Shown here: in pieces, positions 57,607 through 64,000 of the stretch | Layout of the letters: every line of letters starts with the position of its first letter | How positions within the stretch are numbered: the stretch's first letter is position 1 | Assembly: GCA_052034805.1 (NCBI GenBank) | Contig: JBPOID010000005.1 | Coordinates: 50,984-114,983, forward strand | Length of the DNA stretch: 64,000 nt | From: Candidatus Tayloriibacteriota bacterium | GTDB taxonomy: Bacteria > Patescibacteriota > Minisyncoccia > Phycocordibacterales > PALSA-1337 | Direction: 5' to 3' | Program-made: the position numbers and the translations under genes | The notes under the pieces: generated by a model | Database searches by the model: none | Told to the model about the DNA's origin: nothing | Seen by the model: only the letters and a program-made list of their open reading frames with translations

Positions 57607-58791
57607 ATGCCAAACATAACACCAGATATAGAAGCATTCGCTAGAATAAAAGTTATCGGAGTTGGAGGTTCAGGAAAGAACGCTGTGAATCATATGATCA
57701 ATTCCAAAGTAAAAGGTGTTGATTTTATCGCGGTAAACACTGATGCTCAAGACTTGCATCATTCATTAGCAAAAAAGCGTATTCATATAGGGAAAAATCT
57801 AACAAGAGGTCTGGGTACAGGCATGAATCCAGAAATGGGTAAAAGAGCAGTAGAAGAAAGCAAAGAAGAAGTACAAGAAGCTATAAAGGGTGCGGATATG
57901 GTATTTGTGGCTGGAGGATTGGGCGGAGGCACATGTAGTGGAGCAAGTCCTGTTATAGCGAGAACAGCCAAGGAACTCGGTGCTCTTACAGTAGCTGTTG
58001 TAACTAGACCATTTTTCTTCGAAGGACAACAAAGATCAAAAATAGCAGAATCAGCATTAGAAGATTTAAGAAAAGAAGTTGACGCTATTATAGTTATACC
58101 TAATGATAGACTTCTATCTACAATAGACAAAAACACTACAGTAAAGAATGCTTTCGCAATATGTGATGAAATATTACGCCAAGCAGTAGAAGGCATATCT
58201 GATCTTATAACAACTCCTGGAATCATAAATATAGACTTTGCAGATATAAGAACTGTTATGGAAAATGCTGGTTCAGCTCTCATGGGTATAGGTTCAGCAT
58301 CAGGAGAAAATCGTGCAATAGAGGCAGCAAAGCTCGCTATAAACTCCCCATTATTAGATATATCTATACATGGAGCAAAAGGAGTTCTATTCTCAATAGC
58401 TGGTGGTGAAGATCTAACAATGTTCGAAATACAAGACGCAGCGAAAGTTATTACAGAATCCATAGATCCTCAAGCAAAAGTTATATTCGGTACAGTTAGA
58501 GATGATAAGCTAAAGAAAAATGAAGTAAAAGTAACCGTTATAGCTGCGGGTTTCCTAGGTAATACAAAAGAAGGCGTTACAAAAGAATCACCAAATACAA
58601 AGATAGAAAATATATCAATACAAGCAGATATTACAGCAAAAGAAGAAAAGAAAGGTAAAATCTTTAATAACATATCAACACCAATAAAAGAGAAAGTATT
58701 GGTTGAAGAAAAGAAAGAAATCAAAAATAGTGATGATGACGATGATTGGGGTGCGGTACCGGCTTTCTTGAGGAGATCAAAATTGAAATAA
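57607..58791 (+). CDS. ftsZ: cell division GTPase FtsZ
   Basis: GVGGSGKNAVNHM, tubulin signature GGGTCSGASPVIA, and an acidic C-terminal tail. Confidence 0.95.
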   Translation: MPNITPDIEAFARIKVIGVGGSGKNAVNHMINSKVKGVDFIAVNTDAQDLHHSLAKKRIHIGKNLTRGLGTGMNPEMGKRAVEESKEEVQEAIKGADMVFVAGGLGGGTCSGASPVIARTAKELGALTVAVVTRPFFFEGQQRSKIAESALEDLRKEVDAIIVIPNDRLLSTIDKNTTVKNAFAICDEILRQAVEGISDLITTPGIINIDFADIRTVMENAGSALMGIGSASGENRAIEAAKLAINSPLLDISIHGAKGVLFSIAGGEDLTMFEIQDAAKVITESIDPQAKVIFGTVRDDKLKKNEVKVTVIAAGFLGNTKEGVTKESPNTKIENISIQADITAKEEKKGKIFNNISTPIKEKVLVEEKKEIKNSDDDDDWGAVPAFLRRSKLK

Positions 58792-58795
58792 TCTT

Positions 58796-59090
58796 TAGAA
58801 AATTGGACTTGGCATACAAGAAAATCGGTTCGCCGATCTTGCGGTCGGAAGCTCTTTTTCTTTACTCCGTACACTCGTAAAGAAAAAGACTTCCTCCCCG
58901 TCGGCTCACACGATTTTCTAGTTTACAATATTACATACTAGAAAATTGAGACTTGGCACGGTGCGCAGAACTTTCTTTTTAGTCGCTTGTCGATAAAAAG
59001 AAAGTTTACTGCGCACGCAAGTAGCCAAGTCCAATTTTCTCGTATACGAACCGATTTTCTTAGATACGGACCAATTTTCTACAGACTATG
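58796..59090 (+). repeat. copy 2 of the ~290 bp nested-palindromic repeat family (variant central hairpin)
   Basis: Shares left and right arms with copies 1 and 3. The centre is cagaactttctttttagtcgcttgtcgataaaaagaaagtttactg, itself a palindrome. Confidence 0.85.
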
Positions 59091-59106
59091 CTAAAATACT
59101 ATCATT

Positions 59107-60030
59107 ATGATATATGATCTTATAATAATAGGTGGCGGACCAGCAGGAGTTGGAGCAGGTGTATACGCCGCTAGAAAGGAATTAAAAACTTTATTTATAA
59201 CAAAGGATTGGAATAGCCAAAGTACAGTTTCAACTGGAATAGAAAATTGGATAGGAACCATAAAGATATCCGGAGAAGATTTCGCAAAAAGCCTAGAAAA
59301 TCATCTAAGAGCTTATGCAAAAGAATTCGTAGATATACATACAGGTGAAAGCTGTGAAAATATAGAAAGAAACGATAATTTATTTAATATAAAAACATCC
59401 AAAGGCAATTATTCAGCAAAAACAGTACTAATAACCATAGGAAGCTTCCGTAAGAAATTAGAAATAAAAGGAGCAGATGTATTCGAACATAAAGGACTTA
59501 CATATTGCGCATCATGTGATGGACCATTATTCAGAGATCAAGATGTAATAGTAGTAGGTGGCGGTAATGCAGCATTCGAAAGTGCATCTCAACTATTAGC
59601 ATATTGCAAAAGCGTGACTCTGATAAATCGTAGTGACAAATTCCGTGCAGATCCCATAACCATAGATACCGTTTCGAAAAATTCTCATTTCAAAATAATT
59701 ACAAATGCAATACCGAAAGAAGTTAAGGGTGACAAATTCGTAAAGTCTTTTGTATATACAGATTCAAGTAATGGTAAGGATGTAGAAATACCAGCTACAG
59801 GCATTTTCGTAGAAATAGGTTCATTACCTACAACATATTTCGCAAAAGATTTGGTAAAACTAGATCAATGGAATCATATAGTAGTGGATCCTAGGGATCA
59901 GAGAACATCTGTAGAAGGTATATGGTCTGCTGGAGATTGTACTGATGGTCTTTATCATCAGAATAATATAGCTACAGGAGATGGTGTAAAAGCTCTAGAG
60001 GATATATATCTTTTCTTAAAAACAAAGTAA
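59107..60030 (+). CDS. trxB: thioredoxin-disulfide reductase-like flavoprotein
   Basis: FAD motif IIGGGPAGVGAG, redox CASCDG, and NAD(P)H motif VVGGGNAAFE. Confidence 0.8.
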   Translation: MIYDLIIIGGGPAGVGAGVYAARKELKTLFITKDWNSQSTVSTGIENWIGTIKISGEDFAKSLENHLRAYAKEFVDIHTGESCENIERNDNLFNIKTSKGNYSAKTVLITIGSFRKKLEIKGADVFEHKGLTYCASCDGPLFRDQDVIVVGGGNAAFESASQLLAYCKSVTLINRSDKFRADPITIDTVSKNSHFKIITNAIPKEVKGDKFVKSFVYTDSSNGKDVEIPATGIFVEIGSLPTTYFAKDLVKLDQWNHIVVDPRDQRTSVEGIWSAGDCTDGLYHQNNIATGDGVKALEDIYLFLKTK

Positions 60031-60040
60031 TTTGTTAGAA

Positions 60041-60315
60041 AATTGGTTCGCCTATTAGAAAATTGGACTTGGTATACAAGAAAATCGGCTCGCCGATCTT
60101 GCGGTCGGAAGCTCTTTTTCTTTACTCCGTACACTCGTAAAGAAAAAGACTTCCTCCCCGTCGGCTCACACAATTTTCTAGTTTGTAATATTCCATACTA
60201 GAAAATTGAGACTTAGCACGGTGCGGGAGCCTTTCCGTAACGGAAGTGGAGGAAAGGTCTCACGCACGCAAGATGCCAAGTTCAATTTTCTAATAGGCGA
60301 ACCGATTTTCTATTT
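60041..60315 (+). repeat. copy 3 of the ~290 bp nested-palindromic repeat family
   Basis: Near-identical to copy 1, including the central ggagcctttccgtaacggaagtggaggaaaggtctc hairpin. It is in the same orientation as copy 2, on the other side of trxB. Confidence 0.85.
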
Positions 60316-60334
60316 TACAATATAGGAAAATTTA

Positions 60335-60904
60335 TTAAATGCACTTCTTCCACAGTCCTTTCTTTGTCTTTTTTGCTATTGCTTCTGCTTCTTTGAATTC
60401 TTTTTGATATTTATATTTTTCTTTATTGAAAGTATATTCATAAGCAAAGCCATTTTCTATCATATATTGATTATAGAATAATCCATTAGACAATCTCGCA
60501 TAGGCCAATACTCTTCCATATTTATCATAATCTCCGGAAGTATTACTTTTATTTATATCTCTTTCTAGGAAGACATAATTATGCAAAAGAATGCTTTTTG
60601 CTTTATCTGAAGCTTCCCTACCATAACATTGAACTGTCTTTCTGGGATCTAAAGTTTCTGGAGTATCTATACCTAAAAGTCTTATAGTAATATCTTTATT
60701 ATCTATATTAATAACAAATGTATCACCGTCTAATACTTCTTTAATATTATATGATTTATCTTTATCTATAAAATTAGCTTTATTATGTGATTTATTATAA
60801 TTAGATTTTTCAAAGAATAGGATAATGAAAATTATTAGAAAAATAAAAAAAGCCAATAAAATATATCCTATAAATAATTTTATTTTCTCTATATTTATAT
60901 TCAT
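60335..60904 (-). CDS. thermonuclease (staphylococcal nuclease, SNase-like), membrane anchored
   Basis: Trimmed to the internal ATG (MNINIEKIK...). DGDTFVINI...IRLLGIDTPE...GRVLAYA is an SNase signature. Confidence 0.75.
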   Translation of the reverse strand: MNINIEKIKLFIGYILLAFFIFLIIFIILFFEKSNYNKSHNKANFIDKDKSYNIKEVLDGDTFVINIDNKDITIRLLGIDTPETLDPRKTVQCYGREASDKAKSILLHNYVFLERDINKSNTSGDYDKYGRVLAYARLSNGLFYNQYMIENGFAYEYTFNKEKYKYQKEFKEAEAIAKKTKKGLWKKCI

Positions 60905-61210
60905 AAAAAATAGTAAATAAAAATAATAATGAATAAAAAAACCGGCTAGGACATTGTCCAAACCAGTTATGTAATAGAGGGGAACGCATCGCACGAGCAA
61001 AGAAGGTGCAATCGACTAGGATTATCCAGCAACAATCTGGATAGATCTGCCAGAGTAGCAGATCATCACCACTTTCAGTGGGAAAGAGGAAACAAAACCC
61101 ACATAATTAAGACGTACAATGCGCCCCCTCTCCTATAATAATAACAAGAATACAATATAGGGAGCAATGAAAAGATATCCCCATTTATTCCACAAGTTAT
61201 TAGATTTCGC
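60905..61210 (-). promoter_or_regulatory. GC-richer structured 5' leader with a terminator-like hairpin immediately upstream of the nuclease start (candidate riboswitch/attenuator or sRNA)
   Basis: No ORF of 60 aa or more on either strand. Minus-strand hairpin aactggtttggacaatgtcctagccggtt followed by TTTTTTTATT ends about 25 nt before the ATG. Internal hairpins include atccagattgttgctggat. Confidence 0.3.
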
Positions 61211-61660
61211 CTATTGACTATCTACCTTTGAAAGAATACCTATTTTTAGACTTGAAAGCTCATTTGCTGGTCTTCTCTCCCCACCATGTTGATCTCCAAA
61301 GAGTGTTGAACCATCTATTCCACATACCTTTACTATATTATCTACACCACCGGGATGTTTGTTAACGAAAGATGTCAAATCATATACCCCACCATTAACA
61401 GTAGTCCAACAATCGGAAGAAGTTTTGTGTTTCGCTATATCTGCTAAAGTATATTTCTTCTCTGTTGTTGATGTATTATTTGTTGTGGAAGTATCATTCT
61501 TTGTATCAGAAGGATTTGTAGAAACTGAACTATTATCAGTTGAAGTATTTGTATTATCTATTACTTTATTCTCTGTTGATGAAGAATTCTTCATTCCTAT
61601 AACTAAAGCTCCAATAACTATTAATATAATTAATACTATCCAAATTATTTTTTTATTCAT
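61211..61660 (-). CDS. membrane-anchored cytochrome b5-like heme-binding domain protein
   Basis: N-terminal TM, a Ser/Thr/Asn-rich linker, then YTLADIAKHKTSSDCWTTVNGGVYDLTSFVNKHPGG, a cyt b5 HPGG signature. Confidence 0.6.
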   Translation of the reverse strand: MNKKIIWIVLIILIVIGALVIGMKNSSSTENKVIDNTNTSTDNSSVSTNPSDTKNDTSTTNNTSTTEKKYTLADIAKHKTSSDCWTTVNGGVYDLTSFVNKHPGGVDNIVKVCGIDGSTLFGDQHGGERRPANELSSLKIGILSKVDSQ

Positions 61661-61724
61661 ATGGAAAGTATTATATCACAATCATTTTTTATTTTACTAA
61701 AAAGTTTTACTATAAAAAGAGTAG

Positions 61725-62876
61725 TTATTTTGAAAGGATTTTCTTTAGACTGAGTATTCTATAAACGCTATTATTTATATTATCCATAGAAATCTGGCCA
61801 TTATTCACTGAATCTATAATCTCATTATATGCTTCATTTATTATCTTTTCATTTGCAACATAGAGTAATATATCATTGCCCGCGAGAACAGCTTGTTTCG
61901 CGGCTTCCTTTATTCCAAATTTTGTAGTTATAGCACCCATATTCATATCATCAGTGATAATAACACCATTATAAAGAAGATCATTTCTCAATACACTGAT
62001 TATCTTTGGCGATAGAGTTGCTGGGTATTTTGCATCTATTTTAGGAAATAAAACATGACTAGTCATAACCATATATGGTTTAGACTCTTTTATAACATTT
62101 CTAAAAACTTCTATGTATTCCAATAAATCATTTTCTTTAATAGAAGATACCGGTAGAGATCTATGAGAATCAACAGAATTATTATCATGACCAGGGAAAT
62201 GTTTAACCGTAGCAGATATGCCATTATCTTGATAACCCTTTACCATAGCTATACCGAGAGATGAAACTTGTTCTTTTGTACCACGAAAAACTCTATTATA
62301 TAGAAAAGAAGATGGATTATTAATATAATCCAAAACCGGAGAAAAGTTTACATTTATACCCAATAAAGATAATTCTTTGGCTCTCTTGGAAGAAACTTCA
62401 TAAGCTTGATTATAGTCCTTTATTTTTGTCTGTGATGTCAGATCGAGATTCGGATTATTTATCCTAGAAACAATACCACCTTCCTGATCTATAGTTATAA
62501 GCAAATTCTGCTGAGAAGAACTAGTGGCTAATCCTTGCAATGAATTTATCAGAGCATGAACATCTTTCCCTTTTATATTTGAATTCATTAAAATAATAGA
62601 ACCAATTTTCTTTTCTTTTATCAATTTCTTCAATACTTCATCACTATCATTTGTATATATACCAGCAAGAAACATTTGACCAACCTTTTCTTCTAGGGAC
62701 ATTTTATCCAAAATAATACGTATATTATCTATAGGTTTTTCTATAATTTTATCTTGAACAATAGATTCTTTAGATATATATTCTGTTTTATTATTTGGAG
62801 AAAACTTTATAAATAAAAAACAAGACAGAAGGATTATCGGTATAGAAATATATAGTATTATCTTAGATAAGGGCAT
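61725..62876 (-). CDS. nagZ: glycoside hydrolase family 3 beta-N-acetylhexosaminidase (NagZ-like), membrane anchored
   Basis: KVGQMFLAGI and a KHFPGHG catalytic region. Confidence 0.8.
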   Translation of the reverse strand: MPLSKIILYISIPIILLSCFLFIKFSPNNKTEYISKESIVQDKIIEKPIDNIRIILDKMSLEEKVGQMFLAGIYTNDSDEVLKKLIKEKKIGSIILMNSNIKGKDVHALINSLQGLATSSSQQNLLITIDQEGGIVSRINNPNLDLTSQTKIKDYNQAYEVSSKRAKELSLLGINVNFSPVLDYINNPSSFLYNRVFRGTKEQVSSLGIAMVKGYQDNGISATVKHFPGHDNNSVDSHRSLPVSSIKENDLLEYIEVFRNVIKESKPYMVMTSHVLFPKIDAKYPATLSPKIISVLRNDLLYNGVIITDDMNMGAITTKFGIKEAAKQAVLAGNDILLYVANEKIINEAYNEIIDSVNNGQISMDNINNSVYRILSLKKILSK

Positions 62877-62885
62877 GTAAATATA

Positions 62886-63425
62886 CTAGTTACATTTTAT
62901 ATCTTCAACATTTTGACTTTCTATTGAAGCAAACTCATCTGGTTTGTTACTAAGATTAATAATACCTTTAGTTTCAACTAATGAACAAGTATTATTATAA
63001 TTCTTATAAGAATACTTAAAATTATATGGATATTTTATAGATTTATTTGGAGTAATCCTTTCATCATAATCCAAAGAGATATTACTTTGCATTCCAGGAC
63101 CAAATATCATATTCAGATAAGGTTTTTGAGTATCAATAGGTATATTATTTATATAGAAATCTTTAATAGTAAAATCTTTAGCTGGTGTTTGTCCACTATT
63201 CTTAATATTTATATAAAATAAAACTCTATCTTTAATTACCACACCCTCCATTCTTCCTATGTATAAATAAGCTCTCAATCTAATAAATTCTTCACTTCTT
63301 TGTTGATTAATGATTGAGTAAGTTTGGCATATTGCTATTATCGCAAAGATAGCCATCACAATTGAAACAAATAGTTGAATTAACTCAATTGGAAGTTTTT
63401 TTGAAAAATCAATAAAAGCATTCAT
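62886..63425 (-). CDS. membrane-anchored hypothetical protein
   Basis: The ORF-track N-terminus overlaps tRNA-Glu, so I trimmed it to the internal ATG (MNAFIDFSKK...). One TM, then a beta-rich domain. Confidence 0.4.
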   Translation of the reverse strand: MNAFIDFSKKLPIELIQLFVSIVMAIFAIIAICQTYSIINQQRSEEFIRLRAYLYIGRMEGVVIKDRVLFYINIKNSGQTPAKDFTIKDFYINNIPIDTQKPYLNMIFGPGMQSNISLDYDERITPNKSIKYPYNFKYSYKNYNNTCSLVETKGIINLSNKPDEFASIESQNVEDIKCN

Positions 63426-63428
63426 TTG

Positions 63429-63500
63429 TGACCCTACAGAGAATCGAACTCTGATTAATTGATTGAAAACCAATTGTCCTAACCATTAGACGATAGGGCC
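63429..63500 (-). tRNA. tRNA-Glu (anticodon TTC)
   Basis: Acceptor ggcccta/tagggtc (one G.U pair), D-arm TCGTCTAATGGTTAGGAC, anticodon loop TTTTCAA, and T-loop TTCGATT. Confidence 0.75.
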
Positions 63501-63582
63501 TCAGTAAATACTATAGCATTCCTTATTAAAAAAATAAAGTCTCTATATTGAACCTAATATATTAATAGTGTACCATATACCT

Positions 63583-64000
63583 ATGGGTTCAAATATACAC
63601 TTAAAAAAGAAAGCTATATCTCTACGTAAGAAAGGTATGAGTTATAATAATATAAGAAAATCCTTAGGAATAAAATCAAAAGGCACTCTTAGTTATTGGT
63701 TTAAAAATATAGAATTTTCTAAGAAAACTAAAGAATTATTAGAAAAGAATAATAGAATCGCACATGAGAAGGGTTTGTTTAATGCTAATAGAGATAGAAA
63801 AATAAAAATAGATAGAGAGAATAATGATGCATATATTAATGGGATAAAACTTATAAATTCAATCTCTAAAAATGAATTACTCTTAATAGGTACATCATTA
63901 TATTGGGCAGAAGGAACAAAATCAGAAAAAATTAATCCGGCACTTAATTTCAGTAATTCTGATCCATTAATGGTTTCAGTGTATATGAAATTTTTACGTG
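63583..64000 (+). CDS. HTH/LAGLIDADG-like protein, paralog of 25667..26314 (3' end runs off the window)
   Basis: Manual translation gives MGSNIHLKKKAISLRKKGMSYNNIRKSLGIKSKGTLSYWFKN...LIGTSLYWAEGTKSEKINPALNFSNSDPLMVSVYMKFLR. This parallels ...AMLYWGEGYKGDNKNPAKLIDFANSDVDMILLFLRFLR of the paralog. Confidence 0.4.
   Translation, partial: MGSNIHLKKKAISLRKKGMSYNNIRKSLGIKSKGTLSYWFKNIEFSKKTKELLEKNNRIAHEKGLFNANRDRKIKIDRENNDAYINGIKLINSISKNELLLIGTSLYWAEGTKSEKINPALNFSNSDPLMVSVYMKFLR

Noticed and set aside
61030-61075. Plus-strand stretch atctggatagatctgccagagtagc, resembling the TPP-riboswitch box (ATCTGGATAATGCCAGCGTAGG).
   Set aside because: No CTGAGA/P2-P3 partner sequence upstream, and no plus-strand gene downstream to regulate. 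Both neighbouring genes are on the minus strand. The partial match is most likely chance.
1-64000. CRISPR arrays, integrases/transposases, rRNA genes and toxin-antitoxin pairs.
   Set aside because: I looked for regularly spaced direct repeats, Tyr/Ser recombinase or DDE motifs and rRNA-like GC-rich blocks, and found none. The only regular repeats are the three ~290 bp palindromic elements, the 45 bp terminator pair and the tRNA-Lys 5' duplication.

Overview
This 64 kb window looks like part of a small, AT-rich bacterial chromosome (roughly 30% GC judged by eye). The gene content is reduced in a way typical of CPR/Patescibacteria-type genomes: a short dnaX, a short infB and a four-domain rpsA. 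Standard genetic code; no in-frame TGA problems were seen. Recognisable housekeeping genes are msrA (partial), a ZIP transporter, dnaX, dus, serS, dprA, topA, parB, miaA, rpmG, alr, clpB, infB, rbfA, gyrA, rpsA, pth, lepB, rpsU, ybeY, ftsA, ftsZ, trxB and nagZ, plus 10 tRNA genes. Between the housekeeping genes sit several visibly GC-richer segments (about 40-50% GC), nearly all of them next to tRNA genes; they carry membrane or secreted proteins of unknown function, an orphan DndB-like ParB-superfamily protein, an SPFH/NfeD-like pair, and an 853 bp segment (11988..12840) holding a fatty-acid hydroxylase. The findings I rank highest are: (1) a six-gene minus-strand operon: a SAM methyltransferase, then a solute-binding-protein-like ectodomain fused to a C-terminal two-helix module, then four small secreted paralogs of that same module whose architecture resembles VirB2/TrbC pilins; (2) a three-copy family of ~290 bp nested-palindromic repeats, two of which directly flank trxB, with a centre whose sequence differs between copies but whose hairpin is preserved; (3) a degenerate tRNA-like sequence and a decayed tandem duplication of the tRNA-Lys 5' half, both at island borders; (4) two GC-rich structured non-coding candidates (13085..13400 and 60905..61210); (5) a pair of paralogous HTH/LAGLIDADG-like proteins next to tRNA genes; and (6) a catalytically degenerate HisRS paralog. 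No CRISPR array, integrase or transposase was recognised. Every functional call rests on motif recognition by eye, without database searches.
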